Below are positions 51,719 through 61,527 of a DNA stretch of 64,000 nt, in pieces. Made by a program: the position numbers and the translations under genes. The stretch comes from a virus (lineage: Duplodnaviria > Caudoviricetes): IMG/VR virus record IMGVR_UViG_3300048598_000287, positions 1 through 64,000 of that record, one strand, 5' to 3'. Positions within the stretch are counted from its first letter, which is position 1. Each line of letters starts with the position of its first letter. The notes below the pieces were generated by a model. It did not search any database. It was not told the origin of the DNA and saw nothing but the letters and a program-made list of their open reading frames with translations.

Positions 51719-52089
51719 TGATTCTTCATAAGTTTAGTAATATCATTATCTTGCAATGAATACTTATCCTTGAAAATCTTCCATACCCTTTCAGAACTTA
51801 CCCAGAAATGTGGGTAGTTTCCTATGAAGAGGATGTCAAACATCCATTCATCATTTGGGTTTCTAAGTTCTATACGATTGGTGGGAAGATTGCTTTTATA
51901 ACCATGTTCATTCAGGAACACCGTCTTGGTACATTGCCCAAGAAATTCCAGGAAGATCTTATCGAATTCTTCTTGAGTAACCTCATGCGGTTCAAGTTCA
52001 TCTTTCGTGAACTTAGTGAGCATCAGGAATTTCATCTCATCCGATGATGCGTAGATCTTTCTTGCTTCTTCAATTGTCAGGTCTGGCAT
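51646..52089 (-). CDS. MAELT-family array-associated protein
   Basis: Paralog; start MPDLT. Confidence 0.85.
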   Translation of the reverse strand: MPDLTIEEARKIYASSDEMKFLMLTKFTKDELEPHEVTQEEFDKIFLEFLGQCTKTVFLNEHGYKSNLPTNRIELRNPNDEWMFDILFIGNYPHFWVSSERVWKIFKDKYSLQDNDITKLMKNQVKIRFGLNDVTPRKIIRVAQKLG

Positions 52090-52156
52090 TGTATATCTCC
52101 TTAATGTGATGTAATTAAATATACATTTTTTACACCTCATTGGCAAGTGAGTTTAA

Positions 52157-52417
52157 TCATTTCATATCAAGATGACTAGATATGTATGAATGTACACTTT
52201 TCCAAAGCTGGTCCACATCCGAATCGCATCGTACGATTACGTCAGCAACTTTCTGCTTATTGATGTGCACGGACACCTGACCAGTTGAATCCGATATCGT
52301 AATCGAATCTTCACCTGATCCGTAAAAAATAACATGGACGGCGTCGCCTACTGTCACATGCATGATACGTACGGCATTGATGAAGATTTGATCATCAGTT
52401 ATCACACTTATTTTCAT
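52157..52417 (-). CDS. Hypothetical protein
   Basis: RBS GGAGG. Confidence 0.6.
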   Translation of the reverse strand: MKISVITDDQIFINAVRIMHVTVGDAVHVIFYGSGEDSITISDSTGQVSVHINKQKVADVIVRCDSDVDQLWKSVHSYISSHLDMK

Positions 52418-52487
52418 ATGTTCCCTCCTGTATTGAGCTCTAGCTCAGAATACCTATAATGAATCATATTTCCATTGACATCATACA

Positions 52488-53081
52488 TTAATACCACCAT
52501 TCATGTCCATCTGACCTTTTATTATGAATAATGCTCCCATCGGCATCGTACCAATCTTCATGCCCATAGGAATCCTTATAATGAATGCATTTTCCATCGG
52601 AATCGTAATCCCACCAGTGTTCATATCCGTCAGTAAGTTTCTTATGAATGCATTTTCCATCGGAATCATAGTAATACCATATTTCTGATCCGTCGGTATC
52701 CTTATAGCGAATCGGCTTCCCGCTCTCATCAAACCAATGTTCGGATCCGTTGGAATTTTTCGTATAGATCAGTTTTCCATTGGCATCGTACCACCATTCG
52801 AATCCATCTGAGGCCGTATAATGAATAAGATGCCGATTTCCATAGGAATCATATTCATACCATTTTTCAGATCCGTTGGGATACTTCGTATGAATCATGT
52901 TCCCATCGGCATCGTACCACAATTCATTACCCATTAAATCCTTCAGATGACTCGATTTATCAGAGTCCGATGAATCATCGGCTTCAAGGATTTTCTTGGA
53001 GAATTTGGTGAGCATCAGGGATTTCAGCGCATCAGAGTTGTGATAGATATTTCTTGCTTCTTTAATAGTCAATTCCGCCAT
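52488..53081 (-). CDS. MAELT N-terminal module fused to YD-like repeats
   Basis: MAELTIKEARNIY..KSLMLTKF followed by repeats. Confidence 0.85.
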   Translation of the reverse strand: MAELTIKEARNIYHNSDALKSLMLTKFSKKILEADDSSDSDKSSHLKDLMGNELWYDADGNMIHTKYPNGSEKWYEYDSYGNRHLIHYTASDGFEWWYDANGKLIYTKNSNGSEHWFDESGKPIRYKDTDGSEIWYYYDSDGKCIHKKLTDGYEHWWDYDSDGKCIHYKDSYGHEDWYDADGSIIHNKRSDGHEWWY

Positions 53082-53181
53082 GGTAGGCCTCCTTAAATAA
53101 TGATAAATCATAATTGATATTTAACTATCTTCCATTATGATATGTTGTAGATTCAATTAAAATATATGAAATTCTCCTTTG

Positions 53182-53925
53182 TCACTCAACTTTTTCTGCA
53201 TGACCAGAATACTCAACGAACTGATTGAATAGCTTTCTGGCAAGGCATCCTAATTCACCGCATTCATCACCATCAAGAAGCCCGAGATCTATAGCGTCCA
53301 TCTGATCCTTGAAATCATCGTAGTCTGCATATCCGCGCTTCAAGATGTCGGTAAGGATAGATAGCACGGCAGCCTTGCACGCATGCTGGTCCAGATATCC
53401 CCGCTCTTTATATTTGAATGTCCTGATTAGGCTGGAAAGAGGGTATTCGGAATGAATATATTCACTTCTTCTGGTCAAGAGATATTTCATATAATTATCA
53501 GTGAACTTAACATCTGATATATAATGTAATATTCCAGGTTCCCTATGCCTGACTTCCACACCTACCTGAACATGTGAAAAATCAAAGGTATTGATTAGTT
53601 GGTCAAGCGTAGGCTGGCGGTAAGAACAGAACTGCACCGGATAAGGGAACGTTTTCATGCGGACCGTGATTGCATTCTTCGTAGTGCTCAATACATCTAC
53701 TTCGGATATGTTATTCATCCGAAGGCGAAAATCTTCTCCGAATTCGTCCGAATCTGAGCCAGGATATACGTCGATATCATGCGGAGTATCTACGTTGCAT
53801 GAATTACCGGCGATGCGTACAGGATGATCAATCCCAATAGCATTGAACAACGCAGAAGGAATACGATACATCATTCTGCTCCTGATTTCATTAATAACTA
53901 GGTCATTCATAAATCTATAATACAT
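53182..53925 (-). CDS. Phage nucleotidyltransferase-like protein
   Basis: IAGNS..PHDIDVY, FDFSHVQ, RTFKYKERGY. Confidence 0.65.
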   Translation of the reverse strand: MYYRFMNDLVINEIRSRMMYRIPSALFNAIGIDHPVRIAGNSCNVDTPHDIDVYPGSDSDEFGEDFRLRMNNISEVDVLSTTKNAITVRMKTFPYPVQFCSYRQPTLDQLINTFDFSHVQVGVEVRHREPGILHYISDVKFTDNYMKYLLTRRSEYIHSEYPLSSLIRTFKYKERGYLDQHACKAAVLSILTDILKRGYADYDDFKDQMDAIDLGLLDGDECGELGCLARKLFNQFVEYSGHAEKVE

Positions 53926-54066
53926 AATGCTGTCCTTTGCTTAAAATATGAATATAATCAGTTTTCCACGCTAAATATAGCATATTATCAACACATTGTA
54001 AATCAATTTCAGAAATATTGATAAAATCATATTGAATTTTCATATATATTTTCTATATTTAACGGT

Positions 54067-54783
54067 ATGAAAACTATTAGATTCAATACATTTGAAACAA
54101 ATTCCAGCTCAACACATGCGCTTGCCATATGCAAGAAACCCCGCACGGGCGAAGAATTCACCGATCCGGACGAGTACGGAATTCTATGGATACGGCTTGA
54201 CAAATATTTCACCTCAACCCATCAGATATGTTATAATGAGGGGTATATCGACACCGGGGAAACATGTAGCTATGATGTATCCACCCAAATAAAATATCTT
54301 GTGACTCAGGCAGTATCATCGGCGATTAATAAATGCTGTAACAATAAAGGAAATGATTATGATAAGGCATACATCCAGATGCAACGGAATCTTTCCATTC
54401 TGAGACGTAAAATAATAGCTCCTGTATATTCCGAGCTGAATATGGATCTCGTTAAAAGTATAACCCCATATTATCTATTGGACGGCAAGCGGGTGATAAT
54501 ATCCGCATCCAGCATGCCTAAGCTATATGGCATGGGAATAGGGATTGATCCCGATGACATGTATAGCGATGATTTCGCGAGTGCCATTCGCACACAGGTA
54601 GAGGACTATTCTAATTTACATTGGAAACGCAAAACCACCCTTGAAGAAGCGATTGGCATATCGGGCGAAATAGATCGTCAATATGGAAAAAACTATGATA
54701 AGAGAACTATAGCTGAACTGACATTCAAGCTATGGCGCCTATCACTGACACACTATAGCGTGCAATATTTCTATCATACATGA
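54067..54783 (+). CDS. Phage hypothetical protein (FETNSSSTH family)
   Basis: N-terminal IRxxxFETNSSSTH motif. Confidence 0.75.
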   Translation: MKTIRFNTFETNSSSTHALAICKKPRTGEEFTDPDEYGILWIRLDKYFTSTHQICYNEGYIDTGETCSYDVSTQIKYLVTQAVSSAINKCCNNKGNDYDKAYIQMQRNLSILRRKIIAPVYSELNMDLVKSITPYYLLDGKRVIISASSMPKLYGMGIGIDPDDMYSDDFASAIRTQVEDYSNLHWKRKTTLEEAIGISGEIDRQYGKNYDKRTIAELTFKLWRLSLTHYSVQYFYHT

Positions 54784-55008
54784 AATGCATTATCCATTTA
54801 ATTATTATGCGAACCAGTATTTTGTATGATATATACCATAAGAAACACCAGCGACTTTCGTATGGTGAGGTGAATCATGTTGTGTAAAAATGTATATTAC
54901 CAATGGTAGAGTTAAGTATCAAAAGGAACACCGCACGCCGATGTCCTTCGCGTAAGTTGGTGGTTAATTTGCCGGATTATCTAATTAATTTATATAAGGA
55001 GGCCTGAC

Positions 55009-55443
55009 ATGGCTGAATTGACAATTGAAGAAGCCCGAAAGATCTACGCAACAACGGATGATATGAAATCCCTGATGCTTACTAAGTTCTCTAAAAGTGA
55101 ACTTGAGAAACATGAGGTTACACAGGAAGAATTCGATAAGACCTTCCTGAGATTACTTGGGCAATGCACCAAGACTGTGTTCCTGGATGAAGCGGGTGAT
55201 GAAAGCCCGCTTCCCACTAACCGTATCGAACTCAGAAATTCAGATAACGAATGGATGTTTGACATCCAGTTCACTGGTAAAAATAAGCATTTCTGGGTAC
55301 ATTATTCTCGGGTATGGTGGATTTTCAAGGATAATGATTCATTGCAATATGAAGATATTGTACGACTTATGAAGAATCAGATGAACTCACGGTTCGGATT
55401 GGCTGATGTTAAACCCCTAATTAAGGAAATCATATTTTTTTAA
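55009..55443 (+). CDS. MAELT-family array-associated protein
   Basis: Paralog. Confidence 0.85.
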   Translation: MAELTIEEARKIYATTDDMKSLMLTKFSKSELEKHEVTQEEFDKTFLRLLGQCTKTVFLDEAGDESPLPTNRIELRNSDNEWMFDIQFTGKNKHFWVHYSRVWWIFKDNDSLQYEDIVRLMKNQMNSRFGLADVKPLIKEIIFF

Positions 55444-55510
55444 CACCCGGTTCGGATTGGGTGATGTTCAATCCATAACGGGATGAATAACATGGTTGGA
55501 TTGGATTATT
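55380..55510 (+). repeat. Mini-array H (degenerate): repeats at 55380, ~55438, partial at 55482
   Basis: Visible repeats. Confidence 0.7.
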
Positions 55511-55532
55511 AACTAATATAAGGAGGCCTGAC

Positions 55533-55961
55533 ATGGCTGAATTGACAATTGAAGAAGCTAGGAAGATCTACGCATCATCGGATGAGATGAAATCGCTGAT
55601 GCTCACCAAGTTCTCTAAAGCCGAATTAGAGAAACACAACCTTACACAGGAAGAATTTGATAAGATCTTCCTGGAATTGCTTGGCCAATGTATTAAGACC
55701 GTGTTCCTGGATAAACACGGTCATGAAAATAAGATTCCTAATAACCGGGTAAGATTAATAGATGCCACTGATAATTGGCTGTTTGATATTCAATTCACAG
55801 GAAAAGATAAGCATTTCTGGGTAAGTAATTCCCGGATATGGAATTGTTTAGCGGATACATATTCATTGAACTATAGTGATATCCAACGACTTATGAAAAA
55901 TCAGATGAACACCCGGTTCGGAATGGGTGATGTTACACCCTTCATTTTTTCACATACGTAG
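55533..55961 (+). CDS. MAELT-family array-associated protein
   Basis: Paralog. Confidence 0.85.
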   Translation: MAELTIEEARKIYASSDEMKSLMLTKFSKAELEKHNLTQEEFDKIFLELLGQCIKTVFLDKHGHENKIPNNRVRLIDATDNWLFDIQFTGKDKHFWVSNSRIWNCLADTYSLNYSDIQRLMKNQMNTRFGMGDVTPFIFSHT

Positions 55962-56031
55962 CGGAACACGTTGAACACTGGGTTAGGATTAAACCATAAC
56001 GGGATGAATAACATGGTTGGATTGGATTATT
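55904..56031 (+). repeat. Mini-array I: repeat at 55904, 30-nt spacer, partial repeats
   Basis: Visible repeats. Confidence 0.7.
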
Positions 56032-56053
56032 AAATAATATAAGGAGGCCTACT

Positions 56054-56482
56054 ATGGCTGAATTGACAATTGAAGAAGCCAGGAAGATCTATGCAACAAC
56101 GGATGATATGAAATCCCTGATGCTCACCAAATTCACTAAGGAAGCCCTTGAGAAGCATGAAGTTACTCAGGAAGAATTCGATAAGATCTTCCTGGAATTG
56201 CTTGGCCAATGCTCCAAGACGGCGTTTCTGAATGAAGTGGGTGATGAAAGCCAGCTTCCCAATAACCGTATAGAACTCAGAAATTCAGATAACGAATGGA
56301 TGTTTGACATCCAGTTCACTGGTAAAAATAAGCATTTCTGGGTACATTATTCTCGTGTATGGAAGATTTTCATGAATACTTATTCGTTGGAAGATGTTGA
56401 TATTAAACTACTTATGAAGAATAAGATACATATTAGGTTCGGATTGGATGATGTTACCCCTTGTAGTTATTGGAAATGTTGA
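56054..56482 (+). CDS. MAELT-family array-associated protein
   Basis: Paralog. Confidence 0.85.
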   Translation: MAELTIEEARKIYATTDDMKSLMLTKFTKEALEKHEVTQEEFDKIFLELLGQCSKTAFLNEVGDESQLPNNRIELRNSDNEWMFDIQFTGKNKHFWVHYSRVWKIFMNTYSLEDVDIKLLMKNKIHIRFGLDDVTPCSYWKC

Positions 56483-56592
56483 TCTGCGAAGATACATATT
56501 AGGTTCGGATTGGATGATGTTACCCCAGAGACGGCTATGCTGACGCGGCAGTAGAAGATACATATTAGGTTCGGATTGGATGATGTTACACC
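56425..56592 (+). repeat. Mini-array J: GATACATATTAGGTTCGGATTGGATGATGTTACMCC at 56425, 56491, 56557; two 30-nt spacers
   Basis: Period exactly 66. Confidence 0.9.
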
Positions 56593-56655
56593 CTGCTACA
56601 ATTCGTATTTCTACAGGGTGGGATTGAATTATTAAATTATATAAGGAGGCCTACC

Positions 56656-58209
56656 ATGGCTGAATTGACGATTGAAGAAGCAAGAAAGATCTACGCATCA
56701 TCGGATGATATGAAATCCCTGATGCTCACCAAATTCACTAAGGAAGACCTTGAAGAGGATTATACATCGTCCTCTTATGATAACCAGAATCACGGGCATG
56801 ATTCCCAGGGTAATGATTTTTGGTGCGATATCAATGGGAACGTAATTCATAAGAAAGCTCCAAATGGATTCGAAGCATGGTTCAATACAGATGGAAAAGT
56901 GATTCATAAGAAGCATTCTGACGGGTTTGAGGAATGGGTTGACTATGATTCTTATGGAAGAACTAATCATGTGAACGATTCCGATGGGTCAGAACGCTGG
57001 TACGAATACAATGCTAATGGGACAATATCACACGCTAAGTTTTCTGATGGGGAGGAATGGTGGTGCAATATCAATGGAAATAAGAGTCATTCCAAGTGGT
57101 CCGACGGATCCGAATCGTGGTACGATGCCAATGGAAATGACATTCATGGAAAAAATTCCGATGGATCGGAATGCTGGCATGATTTTGATAGCAATAAAAA
57201 ACTGATTCATAAGAAGTATTCCAATGGATTGGAAGAGTGGTATGATGCCACGGGGAATATGATCCGGTTGAAAGATTCCCTCGGATATGAAATGCGGTAT
57301 GAATATGATGCCAATGGCCACCTCATGCGCGAGAAGGATTCCTTAGGATGGGAAAAGTGGTGTGAATATGATGCCAACGGGCATCTGATTCACTCAAAGG
57401 ATTCAAATGGATTCGAACGGATGCATGAATATGCTACCGATGGGCACCGCATTCATGAGAAGGATTCGGACGGGCGCGAAAAATGGTATGATGCCAATGG
57501 AAAAATCATTCATTCTAAGTCTTCCGACGGAGTAGAAAAGTGCGAATCATGGTTCGATACCAATGGAAAACTGATTCACTTGAAATGTTCCGACGGTTTC
57601 GAATATTGGTATGATGCCGATGGGGAACTGATCCATTATAAGGATTCCGACGGAGATGAATATTGGTATGATGCCATAGGAACCCTTATGCATAAGAAGA
57701 TTTCCGATGGATCAGAAGAATGGTATGAATATAATGCTAATGGAAGGCTAATTTATGCAAATAATTCCGATGGATTTGAATCTTGGTATGAATATGGAGC
57801 CAATGGGCGAATGATTCATAATAAGACTTACGATGGATCAGAAGAATGGTATGCTACCGATGGGCACCGCATTCATGAGAAGGATTCGGACGGTTTCGAA
57901 TATTGGTATGATGCCAATGGGAATATCATTCATGAAAAGGATTCCGATGGATCAGAAGGTTGGCGGGATTTTGATAACAATAAAAAATTGATTCATAAGA
58001 AGTATTCCGACGGATTAGAACACTGGTATGATGCCAATGGGAACGTAATTCATAAGAAAAATCCAAATGAATTAGAATATTGGTGGAAATATGATGCCGA
58101 TGGGAAATTGAGTAATGAAATATGTTCTGATGGGTCAACCCGATGGTATTCTTATGATGCCCATGGGAATATGATTCATATGAAGATTTCCAATAGAACA
58201 TCTATTTGA
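56656..58209 (+). CDS. MAELT N-terminal module fused to a long YD-like repeat region
   Basis: MAELTIEEARKIY followed by ~22 repeats. Confidence 0.88.
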   Translation: MAELTIEEARKIYASSDDMKSLMLTKFTKEDLEEDYTSSSYDNQNHGHDSQGNDFWCDINGNVIHKKAPNGFEAWFNTDGKVIHKKHSDGFEEWVDYDSYGRTNHVNDSDGSERWYEYNANGTISHAKFSDGEEWWCNINGNKSHSKWSDGSESWYDANGNDIHGKNSDGSECWHDFDSNKKLIHKKYSNGLEEWYDATGNMIRLKDSLGYEMRYEYDANGHLMREKDSLGWEKWCEYDANGHLIHSKDSNGFERMHEYATDGHRIHEKDSDGREKWYDANGKIIHSKSSDGVEKCESWFDTNGKLIHLKCSDGFEYWYDADGELIHYKDSDGDEYWYDAIGTLMHKKISDGSEEWYEYNANGRLIYANNSDGFESWYEYGANGRMIHNKTYDGSEEWYATDGHRIHEKDSDGFEYWYDANGNIIHEKDSDGSEGWRDFDNNKKLIHKKYSDGLEHWYDANGNVIHKKNPNELEYWWKYDADGKLSNEICSDGSTRWYSYDAHGNMIHMKISNRTSI

Positions 58210-58230
58210 ATGCTCGCCATATAAGATAAC

Positions 58231-58271
58231 TGCCTATGGATGGGTTCATTAAGTAAACCCATCCATAGGCA
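58231..58271 (+). terminator. 16-bp inverted-repeat hairpin
   Basis: TGCCTATGGATGGGTT / AACCCATCCATAGGCA. Confidence 0.55.
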
Positions 58272-58302
58272 TTAATTTAAATGAATATGATAGAAGGTAA
58301 CA

Positions 58303-59343
58303 ATGAATGACATATCACATGCATTTCCTAATCCTCAATATCTTGGATGCAAATACAGACATTTAGACTGGATAGGACATTATATTCCGGGCGGGGTATC
58401 TAAAGTCGCGGATGGATTTGCCGGATCGCAGTCAGTATCATATTTCATGAAAGGGAAAGGCTATGAAGTATATGCCAATGATTTCATGAATTATAGCAAT
58501 CAGATAGGAAAGGCTCTTATAGAAAACTCATCGGATAGATTATCGGATGACGATGTTCAGATGTTGTTTTCGGGAAATTCAAATCCTGAATATTACAATT
58601 TGATAGAAACTGAATTTTCCGATCTGTTCTTTAGCAGAGAAGATGCAAGATTGATTGACGCATTCAGAAGCAATGTAGATAGGCTTAATTCCGAGTACAA
58701 GAAGGCCCTTGCATTTTCCATAATCAACCGTACGCTTACCCGCAAAATAACAATGGGGCACTTCGCTCATACAAAAGCGCTTTCATATGCTAATGATGCA
58801 GATAGAATAAAAAGAAATGCCAGCCTTGCCCGCCCCATAAAAGATATGTTCAACGAATTTTTAACTGAATATAACGCGGCGGTATTTGACAACGGACGGG
58901 AAAACCATAGCTTCTGCGGAGATGTAATGAATTTCATAGAAGCGCTTCCTCCAGTAGATATGATATACTTAGATCCACCTTATGTAAATTCCCATCCGGA
59001 TTACCAAGGATACTATCATCTGCTAGAAACATTAGTGAATTATTGGAAAGACAAGAAATTCATTAATTCCATACATAGGTATGAACCAAAGATACATAGT
59101 GGATTCGACACGAAGAAAGATATAATGGCCTCTTTCGGAAGATTGTTTCTTCTATCAAAGAAAATACCTTATTGGCTGATAAGTTATAATGACCGATCGT
59201 ATCCGGATAAAAAAACAATACTTGATATGATTGAACCATATAAGAGAGTAGAGGTGATAGAGAAGCCATACATGAATAGCGTAGGCGGGAAAGGAAGTGT
59301 AAAAGGATGTAACGAGCTGCTGTTCATATGCCGCCCGTATTGA
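58303..59343 (+). CDS. DNA adenine methyltransferase (D12/FokI-like)
   Basis: YLGCK, DGFAGSQSVS, YLDPPY. Confidence 0.88.
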   Translation: MNDISHAFPNPQYLGCKYRHLDWIGHYIPGGVSKVADGFAGSQSVSYFMKGKGYEVYANDFMNYSNQIGKALIENSSDRLSDDDVQMLFSGNSNPEYYNLIETEFSDLFFSREDARLIDAFRSNVDRLNSEYKKALAFSIINRTLTRKITMGHFAHTKALSYANDADRIKRNASLARPIKDMFNEFLTEYNAAVFDNGRENHSFCGDVMNFIEALPPVDMIYLDPPYVNSHPDYQGYYHLLETLVNYWKDKKFINSIHRYEPKIHSGFDTKKDIMASFGRLFLLSKKIPYWLISYNDRSYPDKKTILDMIEPYKRVEVIEKPYMNSVGGKGSVKGCNELLFICRPY

Positions 59344-59356
59344 TCACGATATGAGC

Positions 59357-59809
59357 TCAAAGATGTCCTGATGGCCATATATACGGAAGATCCGTTCGGG
59401 TGGTCCAGAATTTTTTCCTAGCATAATATTCCGGACATTTTCGCAGCAAGTTTGATTGATGCGCCAGATGAAACTCTCTGCATCCTATCCATTCCGGGTC
59501 ATTTTCTGAAACATCGTGATGCATGATATATGAAGAAAAAACATCTGATCTGGAATAATTAATGAATCGAATTCGCATGGAATCCTTGTATTTCCGGTTG
59601 ATCCATTGATCACATATTGCCATTCCATACCGTATCAATGCAAGTTCATGCCCTTTCCACATAGCTACGGCAGGATGATGTATCCATCCTCTATTTTCAA
59701 CCAGTGCAATGAGTATTTGCATGGCTTCTATACGCTGTTTGCCTAATCGTCTGTAATCTAGGCATTTTGCACTCTCATTGAAATCTGGAAATGGAAGAAA
59801 TGTTTGCAT
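59357..59809 (-). CDS. Pyrimidine-dimer DNA glycosylase-like protein (MSMEG_6728/endonuclease V family)
   Basis: MQTFLP, LDYRRLGKQRIEAMQI, HHPAVAMWKG, HQSNLLRK. Confidence 0.85.
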   Translation of the reverse strand: MQTFLPFPDFNESAKCLDYRRLGKQRIEAMQILIALVENRGWIHHPAVAMWKGHELALIRYGMAICDQWINRKYKDSMRIRFINYSRSDVFSSYIMHHDVSENDPEWIGCREFHLAHQSNLLRKCPEYYARKKFWTTRTDLPYIWPSGHL

Positions 59810-59881
59810 ATGAAGAATATAGAAAGATTAATGGATCTTGGCTAGATTCTCCGTATTTTAGTTAATTAAAAATGATAATCA

Positions 59882-60307
59882 TTACTGCATTGTTTTCTTC
59901 TGGTGGGCATCTCGTATTTTCATGAGAAGCTTTCCAAGGTTATTAGCGCCAAATTCATCAACTCCCCAGAAATGATCTCCCCATGTATTTCCTTCAACCA
60001 GTTCTTCATTACCTGTATCGATAAGCCGTTTCATTAACGTCGGATTTTGAGCGAATTTTGCATTAAGAACCATTTCCATCATTCCGAGTCGCAGATCATC
60101 CCAGTTAGGGCGGATTGTAACGGATCTTCCAAGTTTCCTTGCATCTTTTCCTGCAAGATATGAAAATTTATCCCTAACCTTAGGGTCGATGGTTTTCATC
60201 GACATATACGCGCCTTCGCTGCAGGAATACATCCTGTTATCAACCATTAACGCGCATGGATAGAAATTAGATAGAAAATAATATTTTCCACGGAAATCGT
60301 TGATCAT
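59882..60307 (-). CDS. NADAR-family protein
   Basis: FLSNFYP, SEGAY, AKFAQN, LVEGNTWGDHFWG, NNLGKLLMKIR. Confidence 0.9.
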   Translation of the reverse strand: MINDFRGKYYFLSNFYPCALMVDNRMYSCSEGAYMSMKTIDPKVRDKFSYLAGKDARKLGRSVTIRPNWDDLRLGMMEMVLNAKFAQNPTLMKRLIDTGNEELVEGNTWGDHFWGVDEFGANNLGKLLMKIRDAHQKKTMQ

Positions 60308-60354
60308 GTATTCTCCTATTATATGTTGTATGGATGAGATGCCATGCAATTTCG

Positions 60355-61527
60355 TTAGATATCATCGTCGTCGAGGTCATGAGAAAAAATACCTGATGGT
60401 TTCCATATATGTTTTAAACTTTTAAAGAAACATTCGGGAAGGAATTTTCCATGATAATAGATCGACAGCAACGTTCCAACAAATTCTTTACCGGAATAGG
60501 CATGCTTTATCAGCATTGACGATATGAGTTTAATCTGCATGAAATATTCATATACTTCTTTTCTAGGGGAATCTCGTCTAACGGACGCAGCTTCCCATAC
60601 ATTGTCCAGCAATGCGTTTATTTCATCAGCCATGCGGGCCGCTTTCTCTGAAAGATCCGGATATTCTTCCGGAGCGGTATCCTTGTCAATGATGACATGG
60701 CGGAGTTCAGCATCAAGCGCCAGGTGGTCGAATACATTTTCAATGTTCAACGAATGAAATTTCTTCTGCAGTTCTAAAAACTCATTTCCCTTTATTTTAA
60801 GTTTGAATCCATTTTCGAATGTTACCACCACGCCTTCATGCTCGACGGGAAGGGCTTTTGCAAAATTATATACTTCTTCCATGGATTTAAATTCATATAC
60901 AGCCGGCATAGGGATCTTTATTTTAAGTGATTCCGATTTAAGACCGGAAAGAGGTAGTTCTATGCCCGTATTTGTTTCTGTTACGCCAATAAGATAAAGG
61001 CCCTCTGAATAATATTTTGTCAGCGGATGGATGTCCTGCTTATATACTATTTCAAATAGGTATGTGCGGGAATTGTCCATAGCTGATATATCAGCGTTTC
61101 TTCTTATCCATTCGGTAGCCCATTCGGCCTGATAACTATCAAAAGATCCTCCGGTTTTGACATACCATTTGCCATTCCAGAAGAATGCTATTCCAAGGCA
61201 TCCGTCGATTTTTTCTGTCACATAGAACGGCATCTGCATGTTTATTAAAAAATTGCTGCTGCCATAATTAGTCATAAGAATCGGTTCAGCATCGGAAATC
61301 GCCTTTCGTATGGACGACGCCCGCAAGGTTCCATCAAAAAGTTCTTCATAATTGAAAAATTTCACAAAAGGAAATGCCACCACATTATGATAAAGATCAT
61401 AGACTATTCCACGGGAAACCAATGACTCATAATCCCATGCGGTCTTGAAAATAGTCATTTCATCATATTTATATCCCATAAGCCCCTGAAGTTCTGGCTT
61501 ACATGAAGTGTGCAATCTAACTGTCAT
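60355..61527 (-). CDS. T4 Rnl1-like RNA ligase
   Basis: PFVKFFN, EKIDG (motif I), TYLFEI, EGVVV, KLKIK. Confidence 0.88.
   Translation of the reverse strand: MTVRLHTSCKPELQGLMGYKYDEMTIFKTAWDYESLVSRGIVYDLYHNVVAFPFVKFFNYEELFDGTLRASSIRKAISDAEPILMTNYGSSNFLINMQMPFYVTEKIDGCLGIAFFWNGKWYVKTGGSFDSYQAEWATEWIRRNADISAMDNSRTYLFEIVYKQDIHPLTKYYSEGLYLIGVTETNTGIELPLSGLKSESLKIKIPMPAVYEFKSMEEVYNFAKALPVEHEGVVVTFENGFKLKIKGNEFLELQKKFHSLNIENVFDHLALDAELRHVIIDKDTAPEEYPDLSEKAARMADEINALLDNVWEAASVRRDSPRKEVYEYFMQIKLISSMLIKHAYSGKEFVGTLLSIYYHGKFLPECFFKSLKHIWKPSGIFSHDLDDDDI

Noticed and set aside
46832-56592. Mini-arrays as part of the type I CRISPR system, a DGR or TIGR arrays
   Set aside because: Repeat sequence and length differ from the type I repeat. 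There is no reverse transcriptase or adenine-specific TR/VR pair. Units are 36+30 with a single spacer, and no Nop-like domain is recognisable.
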